A stretch of DNA of 43,077 nt, taken from assembly GCA_900617105.1 (NCBI GenBank), contig UYFQ01000011.1:62001-105077 (forward strand). The letters run 5' to 3'. Positions 29,815 through 40,796 of this stretch are shown piece by piece. The stretch comes from Hydrurus foetidus. Its lineage: Eukaryota. The notes under the pieces are model-generated. The model worked only from the letters and a program-made list of their open reading frames with translations, searched no databases and had not been told where the DNA came from. Each line of letters opens with the position of its first letter. Positions within the stretch are counted from its first letter, which is position 1. The translations under genes and the position numbers were made by a program.

Positions 29815-29869
29815 ACTTGTATTTTCTGCTGTAGCTACACTTCGTCAAAGAATTGCTGCAGGGAGATGC

Positions 29870-32866
29870 ATGTTGTTTCGCAAAATAGCCCGCTTCGTTT
29901 TACTGGCTTGCCTTGCCTTGTTGGCAGGTGGCACCCTAGCGCAGGACAACGATGCTGATGAAGTATCTGCCAGTTTTCTAAAAGTAAGCCCGGAAGAGGC
30001 CATCAAGCTGCGGTCACAGTTGTTGGAACCTGTACCCAAGGGGGGGGCCCCTGCGGCACTGGCAGCGCACTTTCAGGTGAAGCGACAAGCGGCCAATCGG
30101 CTTGGAGACCCTGAACTCACGCTGACGCTCTACCGTCAATGGGTAGCAGCTGTTCCAGAAGACACGTTTGCAAAAAACAATTTGGCAAACGAGTTGTCAC
30201 GGAGGGGTGAATATGCCGAAGCCATCCGCCTGAACAAAGAGGCACTTGACCAAATCAAATCTGAGGTCGGCAAAGAGCAGACACGCATCAATTTGGCATG
30301 GAAATATTTCTCTTCAGGCCGCTACGCGGATGCTCAAAGGTTCTTGGATCAGGCCGTTTCCAACATCAAGGCTCTCAGGCTTAAAGGGGTGAAAGCCGCA
30401 GAACTACCGACGCTATCGCGTGTGGAGGGAAATGCTTGGGCTCTTCAATCCAATCTGCATTCAAAATTCGGTCGTTGGGGTCAGGCCGCTGATGCAGCCG
30501 TCGCAGACGCAGTGGCAACACAGCTTCAGCTGAAGCTTGTGCAGGACTTGCCAGATAGCGCCTTCAAGAAGTCTGCGCTTTATGACGCGGCCTTTATTTT
30601 TGGCGACAGTCTAGGAAGAAAGGTCTTCGCACTCAGTTCTGCCGGGCGGTTCGGTGAGGCGGAGGAGGCGCTCAAAGAGTACATGCGTCTTTCCAAGGAA
30701 TGGGAGCTTCCCCCGAACCGCATGGCTAATATTTACGAGGCAGCCGGGGCTCTGCGATTGAAGCAGCGCGAGTTTGTGGCGGCGGAAGACTATTGCCGAA
30801 AGGCACAAAGGGTCAAAGCAAAGCTGGGCTACACGGAGCTGGATCAGGTGGACTACCCGAATTTCATAGAAACGCTGGAAGGGCAGCACCGTTGGTCCGA
30901 CGCGCTGGAGGCATTGGCCCGGCTGGATGCACTGGCTGGCACGGATGAGGCACTCAAACGGCGAGTGAAATTTGCTTACGAGCGAGGCTACGCCTACTTG
31001 GCCAGCGGTCAGCGTCTGCTGGAAGCGGTGGGCCTCTTTCAGGACCTCGCCAATGCGGTGGAAAAGCGGTATCCACCTCATCACTTTTTCGTGGCACAAG
31101 CCAACGGGTTAAAGGCGGTGGCGCTTTGGCGTTTGGGCGACGCACAAAGCAGGGAAAAAGCTTTGCCCTTGTTGCAGGCAGCGGTGCGAGACTACATGTT
31201 GCCAGACAACATGGACATGGAAACTGCTTACATTCGCAAAGATGTGCGGCAATTGATTTTTTCCACCTACTTGGAGGCCATGTTTGTGGCGACGGGTGCG
31301 CAGCCCATGGAAGCCATGGCCCCTGCAGACTGGGTGCGTGGTGGCATGGTGCAAGAGGCACTGGCTGACGCTGCTCTGCGATCTGCCGTATCAGACCCGG
31401 CGCTGTCCGGACTGGTACGGGCTGACCAGAATCAAAAAAATGAAATTGAGGCCTTGCGCAAGTTTCTGGCAGGTGAAGCTGGTGGGTCCCGAACAACGCT
31501 TCCCGAAGTGGCGGCAACCATGCGGGCAAGAATTGCCGATCTGGAAACCTCTAGGCGCGCCCTGCATGAAGAACTGAAGACCAGGTTCCCGGACTACGAA
31601 CGCCTCGTGCGCCCTGCGCCACCGACGGTCGCGGATATTCGCAAGGAACTTGCGGCCGACGAAGCCTTGGTGATGGTCTTGCCGACTGACGATGCCGTGT
31701 ATGTGTGGGCCCTCACCAGCAACGGCAAGGACACGGCGGTCCGGGTGCCGGTGGAAAAAGGCTCGGTCGAAAAAATGGTGCGCGACATGCGCGCCACATT
31801 GGACTTTGCAGAAATGGGCAATGGAGTGCGACCCTTCAATGCCACGGCCGCCAGCGATTTGTATGAACGTCTTTTGGCCCCAGTCGCTGCATCGATAGCG
31901 GGCAAGCAGCATTTGGTGATTGCCGCTGGAGGCGTTCTCGGGCAGGTTCCCTTTGGCGTGTTGTTGACCCAGCCCACCACGCAAGTCAGTGCAAGTTCTC
32001 CCTGGCTGATCAAGCAAGCTGCGATTACCCATATTCCAAGCTTGAGCGCATGGTTGTCGGTGAAACAGTTTGGCAAGTCAAAGTCAGCAGCAGAGTCCAT
32101 GGCGGCCTGGGGGGATCCACAGTTCAGTGCCAGCAAGCAGCTCGCGTCTGCAACCAGAGGCCTTTCATCAAGCACCCGCCAAGTGGTGTTGACACGTTCC
32201 TCCAGCGTGGTGGATTTGGAGAAAGACGATGTGCGCGGCGCGATCCGCTATGGCGATATTCCGCCCTTGCCGGAAACACGCGATGAGCTGCTCGCCATCG
32301 CCAAAATCCTCAATGCCAATCCCAAACGGGATCTGCACCTGGGCGTTCAGGCCAGCAAGGCCAGTGTTCTGAAAAGCAGCTTGGACGGTGAGCTGTTGAA
32401 GAAGCGGGTCATCGCCTTTGCAACCCACGGTCTGATGGCGGGCGACCTGCCTAACCTGACACAACCCGCACTTGCACTGGCAAGTACCGGCGATGAAAAG
32501 AGAGATCCGCTCGGTGCTTTGCTTATGTTGGACGAAGTTTTAAGCCTCAAACTCAACGCCGACTGGGTGATTCTCTCGGCGTGCAATACAGCGGCGGCCG
32601 ATGGCAAGGCAGATGAAGCACTCAGCGGGCTTGCCCGAGGCTTTTTCTATGCGGGAAGCCGCAGTTTGCTGGTTACGCATTGGGCCGTGGAGAGTTCCTC
32701 GGCAAAAGAACTGACAACCGCAACCATGAAAAACTACGTGGCCAATCCGACCCAGAAGAAGGCCGAAAGTTTGCGCCAAGCCATGCTTGCTGTCATGGCA
32801 AAGCCGCAGTACCAGCATCCGGCATTTTGGGCGCCCTATGCGCTGGTAGGAGACGGTGGGCGTTAA
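29870..32866 (+). CDS. Exported TPR-CHAT (caspase-like) protease
   Basis: Signal peptide ending TLA-Q; TPR-like helices; CHAT dyad 'FATHG' (His) and 'LSACNTA' (Cys); 'HPAFWAPY'. Confidence 0.88.
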   Translation: MLFRKIARFVLLACLALLAGGTLAQDNDADEVSASFLKVSPEEAIKLRSQLLEPVPKGGAPAALAAHFQVKRQAANRLGDPELTLTLYRQWVAAVPEDTFAKNNLANELSRRGEYAEAIRLNKEALDQIKSEVGKEQTRINLAWKYFSSGRYADAQRFLDQAVSNIKALRLKGVKAAELPTLSRVEGNAWALQSNLHSKFGRWGQAADAAVADAVATQLQLKLVQDLPDSAFKKSALYDAAFIFGDSLGRKVFALSSAGRFGEAEEALKEYMRLSKEWELPPNRMANIYEAAGALRLKQREFVAAEDYCRKAQRVKAKLGYTELDQVDYPNFIETLEGQHRWSDALEALARLDALAGTDEALKRRVKFAYERGYAYLASGQRLLEAVGLFQDLANAVEKRYPPHHFFVAQANGLKAVALWRLGDAQSREKALPLLQAAVRDYMLPDNMDMETAYIRKDVRQLIFSTYLEAMFVATGAQPMEAMAPADWVRGGMVQEALADAALRSAVSDPALSGLVRADQNQKNEIEALRKFLAGEAGGSRTTLPEVAATMRARIADLETSRRALHEELKTRFPDYERLVRPAPPTVADIRKELAADEALVMVLPTDDAVYVWALTSNGKDTAVRVPVEKGSVEKMVRDMRATLDFAEMGNGVRPFNATAASDLYERLLAPVAASIAGKQHLVIAAGGVLGQVPFGVLLTQPTTQVSASSPWLIKQAAITHIPSLSAWLSVKQFGKSKSAAESMAAWGDPQFSASKQLASATRGLSSSTRQVVLTRSSSVVDLEKDDVRGAIRYGDIPPLPETRDELLAIAKILNANPKRDLHLGVQASKASVLKSSLDGELLKKRVIAFATHGLMAGDLPNLTQPALALASTGDEKRDPLGALLMLDEVLSLKLNADWVILSACNTAAADGKADEALSGLARGFFYAGSRSLLVTHWAVESSSAKELTTATMKNYVANPTQKKAESLRQAMLAVMAKPQYQHPAFWAPYALVGDGGR

Positions 32867-33113
32867 CCTTTAAAGCCACTATTGCGGGATTTTCCAGTTG
32901 GGAAATTCGCCGTAGAGCGCCTTGATTTTTTCGTCACTCACCACTGCAGCGGAGTCGATGGAGTTTTCAACAGTTGACGTTTTTTTGAACACCCAGTTCC
33001 GGCTTTGGGTAGACAGCTGGCCTTTGCACACGGTCTGGCGGTCCGTATTTTTTATGTGAAATGTGGTCCGGTCGCTGGTGTAGAGCGTGAGCAACTGGGA
33101 GCCGTCTTTTTGT

Positions 33114-34106
<993 letters not shown>

Positions 34107-34231
34107 GGGGTCCTCCGGGGTGTCAATGAAAGGGGTGGGGCTCATGCCCGTTTGGGCGGACAAGCCGGTGACCTGGGAGGCTGCGGCAATGCTCAGGAAT
34201 GTGTTCACAGCATGCGGCGCGGCGCGGGGAG

Positions 34232-34687
34232 TCAGCGCCCCCAGTAGGTCCCCAACCCCATACACATGCAGGCCACCACCGTGATTTGAAATCGCAGGGG
34301 CAAATACCAGGGCGGCAGGAATCCGTCGTTGTGCAGCCGTGTGTCCTGCCAGTAGTGAGTTGCAAACCCCGCGATCAGCACATAGCCTGTGGCAACGCCG
34401 TCAAACATTAAGGCGATCCACGCCACCAGGGCTGGGATCACGCTCCAGATCAGCACGGCATCACGCTGCTTGTCGGGGATGCCGGGAATCGCCAGCGCAA
34501 AGCCCCAGTGCAATGCGCCCACAAATGTCAGGATGACCGAGCCATAGGAGAACAACCCCTGGCTCCAGAAGATCACGTTGGGTTTGTCCACCGCGGTTGC
34601 GATGGTCATGAACACAAAAGGCAGCAAGCCGCCGTAGCCCAGCCAGGCAATAGTCCTGATGACGGGAGGTGGGATGGGAGATGCCAA
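34232..34687 (-). CDS. DUF3429-family membrane protein
   Basis: 'LGYGGLLPF', '[14 protein letters not shown]', '[10 protein letters not shown]', 'PWY..LR'. Confidence 0.85.
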   Translation of the reverse strand: MASPIPPPVIRTIAWLGYGGLLPFVFMTIATAVDKPNVIFWSQGLFSYGSVILTFVGALHWGFALAIPGIPDKQRDAVLIWSVIPALVAWIALMFDGVATGYVLIAGFATHYWQDTRLHNDGFLPPWYLPLRFQITVVACMCMGLGTYWGR

Positions 34688-34744
34688 TGGGTGTACCTGT
34701 GTGGAGCGCTTCCGTGGGAATGTAGCAGTTGCTAACCCTTATAA

Positions 34745-34771
34745 AAAAGGCCATCCCGCGGATGGCCTTTT
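34745..34771 (-). terminator. Bidirectional-type intrinsic terminator
   Basis: AAAAGGCCATCC-CGC-GGATGGCCTTTT. Confidence 0.8.
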
Positions 34772-34804
34772 GAATCGGCGCTCCAAGAGCGCTCTGCTGC
34801 GGGA

Positions 34805-35119
34805 TTACTGCTTGGCGGGTGCAGGTGCAGCTGCTGCGGCTTTGGCAGCCTTGGCCGCAGCACGCTTGGCCTTCTTGGCGGCGCGCTCGTCTTTCTTGGC
34901 TTCACGCTTGGCTTTGGCTTCTTCCAGCTTGGTGGCCTTGGATTCTGCATTCACCTTGGCGGCGGCCATCGGTGCTTCTTTCGTCGCTTCTGGTGTCTTG
35001 GCAGTGGCTGCAACCGCAGCTGTTGCTGCGGGTGCTGCTGGCTTTGCAGCGGGCGATTGGGCGAATGCACCCAACGCAGAAATGACCAAGGCAGTAGCGA
35101 TGAGAGATTGTTTCAACAT
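34805..35119 (-). CDS. Small exported Ala/Lys-rich low-complexity protein
   Basis: Signal peptide ending AFA-Q; AK-rich tail; followed by a terminator. Confidence 0.75.
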   Translation of the reverse strand: MLKQSLIATALVISALGAFAQSPAAKPAAPAATAAVAATAKTPEATKEAPMAAAKVNAESKATKLEEAKAKREAKKDERAAKKAKRAAAKAAKAAAAAPAPAKQ

Positions 35120-35195
35120 AGAGGCTTTTCGATGCATGGCGATGTTGCCATGTGTCCTTAACCCCGCCCGTGCCACGGCGGTTTACCCAACCCTG

Positions 35196-35210
35196 GTAAA
35201 CCTTTGTAAA
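35196..35210. promoter_or_regulatory. CpxR/OmpR-type direct repeat box
   Basis: GTAAA-CCTTT-GTAAA in a divergent intergenic region. Confidence 0.5.
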
Positions 35211-35279
35211 GCAACCATTGCGGACGGTAGGCCAGCACCTCTATAGTTGGCTTTTCAGATCAGTCTTGAGGATGCCCGC

Positions 35280-35870
35280 ATGGAACGCTTCTTTCCCAAG
35301 CTCGTTGGTGTTGTGCTGACCGCGCTGGTGTGCGGTGCTGCCCTGGCCCAGCTGCCCAAGCGCGACCTTACCGTGGAGCTGCGGCAGATGGAAGAAGGCG
35401 TAGAGGAGGGAACCAGCTACCGCGCCGGGCCCGCGGCCAGTGCCCCGGTGCAATCCCAGAAAATCCAGGTGCGTAATGGCGAGAAGGGCACGCTGCGTGC
35501 CAACCAGTTGGTGCCCATGCAGTGGGTGTCGTCGGTGCAAGCCGCTTCCAAAAACAGCGGCGCTGGAGTCACGCAGTCCCTGCATTGGCTGGATGTCGGG
35601 CAGACCCTGACCGTGACGCCGCGTTGGCCAGGTGGCAAAAAAGACGCTACGGTAGAGCTGGAAATGGTGCAGACCGATGCGGTCATTGAGAACAATGCCG
35701 ACCTGCCGCGCCAGTCGCGCAAGCAAATCAGCACTACGGTGACGGCCCCCTTGGGCCAATGGATCACGATTGCCGCCAGTGGCAATGCTGCGCCCAAGCA
35801 GGGCAGCTACAGCAGCGAGGGCAGTGCCGATGTGCGTCGTCTGCTGCAGATTCGCGTGTTGGCGCCCTAA
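35280..35870 (+). CDS. Exported protein resembling a short secretin C-terminal domain
   Basis: Signal peptide; 'IQVRNGE.G.L', 'DVGQTLTVTPR', 'ISTTV.APLGQWI.I'. Confidence 0.55.
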   Translation: MERFFPKLVGVVLTALVCGAALAQLPKRDLTVELRQMEEGVEEGTSYRAGPAASAPVQSQKIQVRNGEKGTLRANQLVPMQWVSSVQAASKNSGAGVTQSLHWLDVGQTLTVTPRWPGGKKDATVELEMVQTDAVIENNADLPRQSRKQISTTVTAPLGQWITIAASGNAAPKQGSYSSEGSADVRRLLQIRVLAP

Positions 35871-35882
35871 GGCCCCCGCGCG

Positions 35883-36512
35883 CTAGCGCGCCAGCGGGTT
35901 GGGCGTCGGCTCGGCCACCTTGTGCAGCGTGTTGTGGTCGGTGTGGTGGAAAGGTTCGTCGCGGCCCAGGATTTGCAACACGGTGTCTTCGTCGTAGCTC
36001 CAGGTGCCATCGGCATGGATGCTCACCTTGATGCGGAACTCCGTGGTTTTGAAAGCGTGCTGCAAAAACGGCGCCGAGCAAATACCAAACGTCTCCAGCC
36101 CCTGCGTGGCGACCAACTCAAACTCGGTGGCATCCGCCGTCGCCTGGCCCGAGGCCATGGCAATCTGGCCGCGCGGGATGGTTAGCGTGTGGATGATGGT
36201 GCCGGTGGCAGGCTCCCACAGCCAGTAGCCCACTTGGTCGTGGTAGGTCTTGACCTGGTCAGGTTTGGTGATGTGCGTGTGGTAGCGCAGGCCGTACAGC
36301 AGCTGCGGGCCATTGGTTTGTGGGTCAATGGGCTGCAGTTCAATGCGCTCGTGGAAGATCTGCTTTTTGGGGCCTTCCGCCTTGGGTTTCACATCCAGGC
36401 CGCGCTGGCCTTCCCATATGCCCGCCATACCGCGCAGTGGGCCCAGGTTGGCGAGGGTGTTGACGTCTTGAGGGAGAGGTTCGGTGTAGATGTCGGAGGA
36501 GTATTCGCTCAT
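35883..36512 (-). CDS. Heme-binding beta-barrel protein (nitrobindin/DUF1794-like)
   Basis: 'LGPL..MAGIWEG..G', 'HDQVGYWLW', C-terminal 'FHHTDHNTL'. Confidence 0.8.
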   Translation of the reverse strand: MSEYSSDIYTEPLPQDVNTLANLGPLRGMAGIWEGQRGLDVKPKAEGPKKQIFHERIELQPIDPQTNGPQLLYGLRYHTHITKPDQVKTYHDQVGYWLWEPATGTIIHTLTIPRGQIAMASGQATADATEFELVATQGLETFGICSAPFLQHAFKTTEFRIKVSIHADGTWSYDEDTVLQILGRDEPFHHTDHNTLHKVAEPTPNPLAR

Positions 36513-36533
36513 GTAGTGGGAAGTTTTCTGAAA

Positions 36534-38072
36534 TCAGGCGTGCGCCAGTTTGAAGGTGGAAACGACTTGGGCCAGGCGCAGGGCCTGTTCGCGCAGGCTC
36601 TCGGCGGCGGCGGCGGATTGCTCCACCAAGGCTGCATTTTGCTGGGTCATTTGGTCGAGCTCGGAGACGGCGGTATTCACCTCGCCAATGTCGCTGCTTT
36701 GCTGGTTGGAGGCCGCAGAGATGGCGCTGATGATGTCCGACACTCGCTGCACCGATCCGACGATTTCAGTCATGGTCTGGCCTGCATTGGCCACCAAGGC
36801 CGAGCCGGATTCCACCTTTGCTACCGACGCGTCAATCAGGCCCTTGATCTCTTTGGCCGCAGTGGCCGAACGGCCCGCCAAGCTGCGCACCTCAGAGGCC
36901 ACCACGGCAAAGCCGCGGCCCTGCTCTCCGGCGCGTGCGGCTTCTACTGCTGCGTTTAGGGCCAAGATGTTGGTCTGGAAGGCAATGCCGTCAATGACGC
37001 TGATGATGTCAGCAATCTTGCGTGAGCTGATGTTGATCTCTTCCATGGTGGAGACCACCTGGGACACCACCACGCCGCCGCGCGCCGCCACCTCGGCAGC
37101 GCTCATGGCAAACTGGTTGGCCTGCTGCGCGGACTCGGCTGACTGGCGCACTGTGCCTGTGAGTTGCCCGGTGGAGGCTGAGGCGCGCTGCAGGTTGCTG
37201 GCGGTGTGTTCGGTGCGGGTGCTCAGATCCTGGTTGCCGGTGGCGATCTCGGCGCTGGACAGGCGAATGGACTCGGACGACTGCAGCACCGTGGCAATGG
37301 AGTGGTTGAGCTGTTGGGTCATGGCCTCCAGCGCGTGCATCAGGTCGCCCACCTCATCGCTGCGCTGTGTGCTGGCGTCTACCGCCAGGTTGCCCTGCGC
37401 CACTTCGTTGGCGACTGAGGCCGCACGGGCAAGCTCGCTGACAATTTTCTTCTGCATCAGCCACGACACCCACACCGCCAGCCCGGCAGACAACAAGGCC
37501 AGGCTCGCCAGCACCAGGCTGATGTTGCGGCCCTGGGTCTGCGACTGTGCGATGGTGGCGTCTGAGGTGGCTTCGATTTGAGCAGTCACCGCGCCCGACG
37601 CTTTTACCAACTCCTTGAAAGTGGCATCGGCACGCCCCATGGCGGCAATCCCAGTGTTGGGGTCGATGGCAGCGAAGTTCAGCGCCGCATCGGCCTGTTT
37701 GGCGTAAGTTTCCACCAGCTTGATCATGGCGTCCACATTGGTGCGCAGCGCGGGCTCGGCATCGGTGCCGGCCACGGTTTGCACCACGCGCTTGACACCG
37801 TCCAGCTGCTTGGCAAAGTCCGCGCGCATCTCCTTGATTTTTGCGTCGTCCAGCGACGCCACCAGAGCCACCGTGCGGTACACGTTGGCGTGCACCTCAG
37901 CCATTTGTTGGCCGGCATTGCCGATGGTTTTGAAGTCCTCCAGGCTGGCGCGGGAAGCGCTCAGCCCCTGTTCGGCCTGCCGGCCCAAGAAGAACACGTT
38001 GGTCTGGCCAAATAGTAGGACAACAGCTGCGGTGAGCAGCGGAGCCGCCAGTAGTTTCAAACCGAGTTTCAT
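36534..38072 (-). CDS. Methyl-accepting chemotaxis protein
   Basis: TM-helical sensor-TM, HAMP 'DEVG.L', MCP signalling motif. Confidence 0.93.
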   Translation of the reverse strand: MKLGLKLLAAPLLTAAVVLLFGQTNVFFLGRQAEQGLSASRASLEDFKTIGNAGQQMAEVHANVYRTVALVASLDDAKIKEMRADFAKQLDGVKRVVQTVAGTDAEPALRTNVDAMIKLVETYAKQADAALNFAAIDPNTGIAAMGRADATFKELVKASGAVTAQIEATSDATIAQSQTQGRNISLVLASLALLSAGLAVWVSWLMQKKIVSELARAASVANEVAQGNLAVDASTQRSDEVGDLMHALEAMTQQLNHSIATVLQSSESIRLSSAEIATGNQDLSTRTEHTASNLQRASASTGQLTGTVRQSAESAQQANQFAMSAAEVAARGGVVVSQVVSTMEEINISSRKIADIISVIDGIAFQTNILALNAAVEAARAGEQGRGFAVVASEVRSLAGRSATAAKEIKGLIDASVAKVESGSALVANAGQTMTEIVGSVQRVSDIISAISAASNQQSSDIGEVNTAVSELDQMTQQNAALVEQSAAAAESLREQALRLAQVVSTFKLAHA

Positions 38073-38111
38073 GGTGTCTTCCTGTGGCCGCCTTGGTGAG
38101 TCAGGGGCGTT

Positions 38112-38582
38112 TTACTTGTAAATGCCGGCGCATACCGCCATGTCGTCCAACCGCTCGCAGTACATGCTCTTGGGCTCGATCTTCTTGGTCGTGGGGTTGG
38201 TGAACTTGTAGTCCTGCCAGAAGGTGCCTTTGGACTTGGCCAGCTCGACCCGCTCTTTGACGAAGGGCTTGCCGTCAATGTCCAGCATGTCGATGAGGTT
38301 TGCGCCCACCTGCTTGGCGTTGGCGCCATGGGCACGCACCGTGCCGTCCAGTCCGTAGACCACGAGGTACAGGTCACGCTCTACCCACTTAGGGTCTTTG
38401 GCGGTCACTTCGTTGTAGACCTTGGACTTATCGGCACCGGCTGCCTTCAGTGCTATGACGCCTTTTTTTACCATTGCCGTAGCTTCTTCGGCCGTGGCTT
38501 TGGCTTGCGCATACGCGGCCATGGGCAGGCACAACGCCGCCAGCGAAATCGTCAAGGTGCACAGGGAATGGGAGGGCTTCAT
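38112..38582 (-). CDS. Stand-alone periplasmic single Cache (sCache_2) protein
   Basis: Signal peptide; 'LYLVVY..DG...AHG', 'D.DGKPF', 'W.DYKF.NP.TKKIEPK', 'CAGIY'. Confidence 0.85.
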   Translation of the reverse strand: MKPSHSLCTLTISLAALCLPMAAYAQAKATAEEATAMVKKGVIALKAAGADKSKVYNEVTAKDPKWVERDLYLVVYGLDGTVRAHGANAKQVGANLIDMLDIDGKPFVKERVELAKSKGTFWQDYKFTNPTTKKIEPKSMYCERLDDMAVCAGIYK

Positions 38583-38667
38583 AGTGAATCCTGGGGAGTG
38601 GAGGGTGACGCCTCAATTTATACTGCAGTCGCCTAGGCCAAGCAACAAGAGCTTGCCCTATTCAGAT

Positions 38668-38723
38668 AATAATTGGGGTATAACCCCCGCAGATATTGCG
38701 CAAGCTGCTACCAAAACGATAGC
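38668..38723 (-). repeat. Intergenic copy of the dispersed fixed-spacing motif
   Basis: GCTAT-CGTTTTG-GTAGC-AGCTTGC-GCA-ATATCTGC-GGGGGTTATA; aligns without gaps to 20840. Confidence 0.75.
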
Positions 38724-38726
38724 ATA

Positions 38727-40049
38727 TCAATCATAAACCTTTGCATATTTGACGTTAGCTGCGTCTGATAGCTCGTCCAGTGCAGCAGTGGCTGTCTCCA
38801 TGCCTGCTGCATCCAGAGGTTCCAGCGTTGCAGCCAATGCGGTAATGGCGTTGCTGCCCTCGCGCTGTAGCTGGTCCTTGGCTTGGCCCGCTTCGCGACC
38901 CGAGGCAAAGCCTTTGCTTTGCAGCAGCACGGCGCCTGCGGTGTCCACCAGCTTGAAGTAGAACTGGCCATCTTTCTCGCGGTACTGCTTGAAAGACGCG
39001 AGAGCCACCTTGGCCACTTTGCCAGTGCTGGGTTGCACCGCGGTGCCCAGGCCGCGCAGGCCTACGGCACTGCGTAGTTGGGTCATGAAGGGTGTGGCGA
39101 TGGCACGCGCCTTCTTCGCCCCGGCCAGTAGCAGGGCCTCCACCTTTTCAGGGTGGGCCATGTAGTCTTCGTAGGTGGCGCGCATGGGCGCGATTTCCTG
39201 GTCAATCCGCTCGAACAGCAGCGCCTTGGCATCGCCCCAAGCAATGCCGTCGGCATAGGATTGGCGCAGCGCGGAAGTCTCTTCTTCGGAAGCAAAGGCC
39301 TGGTAGATCTGGAATAGGGCCGAGCCCTCGGTCTCTTTGGCCTCGCCGGGCGCGCGGGAGTCGGTCTTGATGCCGGCAATCAGCTTCTTGAGCTGCTCGC
39401 GGCTGCTAAACAGCGGAATCGTGTTGTCGTAGCTCTTGCTCATCTTGCGGCCGTCCAGGCCAGGCAGGGTGGCGACCGACTCTTCGATCTCGGCCTGCGG
39501 CGGCACAAAGTGCTCGCCGTAGCGGTGGTTGAAGCTGGCGGCCATGTCGCGCGCCATCTCGATGTGCTGGATCTGGTCGCGCCCCACAGGCACCTTGTGC
39601 GCGTTGAACATCAAAATGTCCGCACCCATCAGCACCGGGTACATGAACAGGCCGGCGGTCACGTCTGCATCCGGGTCCACGCCAGCCGCGGTGTTCTTGT
39701 CCACCGAAGCCTTGTAGGCGTGGGCGCGGTTGAGCACGCCCTTGCCGGTGACGCAAGTCAGGAACCAGGTGAGTTCAGGAATCTCGGGCACGTCGCTCTG
39801 GCGGTAGAAGGTCACGTGCTCAGGGTTCAGGCCGGCGGCCAGCCAGCTCGCAGCAATCTCCAGCGTGGAGCGCTGGATGCGTGCGGGCTCGTCAATCTTG
39901 ATGAGTGCGTGGTAGTCGGCCAGAAAGTAAAAACTCTCCACACCCGGCGTCAGGCTGGCGCGCACAGAGGGGCGGATGGAGCCCACGTAGTTGCCCAGGT
40001 GGGGCGTGCCGGAGGTGGTGATGCCGGTGAGGAAGCGAACAATGCTCAT
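38727..40049 (-). CDS. trpS: Tryptophanyl-tRNA synthetase with C-terminal extension
   Basis: 'PHLGNY', 'YPVLMGADIL', 'VPVGRDQ.QH', 'KMSKS'. Confidence 0.96.
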   Translation of the reverse strand: MSIVRFLTGITTSGTPHLGNYVGSIRPSVRASLTPGVESFYFLADYHALIKIDEPARIQRSTLEIAASWLAAGLNPEHVTFYRQSDVPEIPELTWFLTCVTGKGVLNRAHAYKASVDKNTAAGVDPDADVTAGLFMYPVLMGADILMFNAHKVPVGRDQIQHIEMARDMAASFNHRYGEHFVPPQAEIEESVATLPGLDGRKMSKSYDNTIPLFSSREQLKKLIAGIKTDSRAPGEAKETEGSALFQIYQAFASEEETSALRQSYADGIAWGDAKALLFERIDQEIAPMRATYEDYMAHPEKVEALLLAGAKKARAIATPFMTQLRSAVGLRGLGTAVQPSTGKVAKVALASFKQYREKDGQFYFKLVDTAGAVLLQSKGFASGREAGQAKDQLQREGSNAITALAATLEPLDAAGMETATAALDELSDAANVKYAKVYD

Positions 40050-40086
40050 GGAAACAGATTGGTCAGTAAATATCAAGGGCGGGTGC

Positions 40087-40755
40087 TCAATGCATCAGGG
40101 CAGACAAGGGGCTCAGCAACAGGTCCAGCAGGCCAAAGGTCAGGGCCATGACCGGTTGCATCCACAGCGTGCTGATCACGCCCGCCACGACCAAAGCCAT
40201 CACCACGAAGAAGCCCCAGGGCTCGATGCGCGAGACCAGCACGGCCTGTTTGAGGGGGAGCAAGCCGACCAGGATGCGACCGCCGTCCAGCGGGGGCAGT
40301 GGGAACAGGTTGAAAGCAAACATGACGACGTTCACCAGCACACCACCCTGGCACATCTTCAAAAAGAAGGGTTCAGTGACGCCAGCGCCCTGCAGCAGGT
40401 ACATGCCCACACCCCAAGCCAGCGCCATCGCCAGGTTGGCACCAGGCCCGGCCAGCGCCACCCAGACCATGTCACGCTTGGGGTTGCGCAGGTTGCCAAA
40501 GCGCACCGGCACCGGCTTGGCGTAGCCAAACAAAAACGTACCCGAGGTGGCGAAGTACAGCAGCAGCGGCATCAGGATGGTGCCCACGGGGTCGATATGC
40601 TTGACTGGGTTGAGTGTGATGCGCCCCATGGACCAGGCGGTTTTATCGCCAAAGTAGAGGGCGGCATAGCCATGGGCCGCTTCATGGACCGTGATGGCAA
40701 ACAGCACGGGCAGGGCGTAAATGGCTACGGTTTGGATGAGTTGTGCAATATCCAC
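40087..40755 (-). CDS. Site-2 protease (M50) family
   Basis: 'HEAAHG', 'AGP.AN', 'FNLFPLPPLDGGR'. Confidence 0.93.
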   Translation of the reverse strand: MDIAQLIQTVAIYALPVLFAITVHEAAHGYAALYFGDKTAWSMGRITLNPVKHIDPVGTILMPLLLYFATSGTFLFGYAKPVPVRFGNLRNPKRDMVWVALAGPGANLAMALAWGVGMYLLQGAGVTEPFFLKMCQGGVLVNVVMFAFNLFPLPPLDGGRILVGLLPLKQAVLVSRIEPWGFFVVMALVVAGVISTLWMQPVMALTFGLLDLLLSPLSALMH

Positions 40756-40796
40756 GGGGCAAAGGTCTCAGAGTGAAATAGGGGCGAAACGGGCGA

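Noticed and set aside
29870..32866. Craspase (type III-E CRISPR-associated) protease
   Set aside because: No cas genes or array nearby, and the protein has a signal peptide
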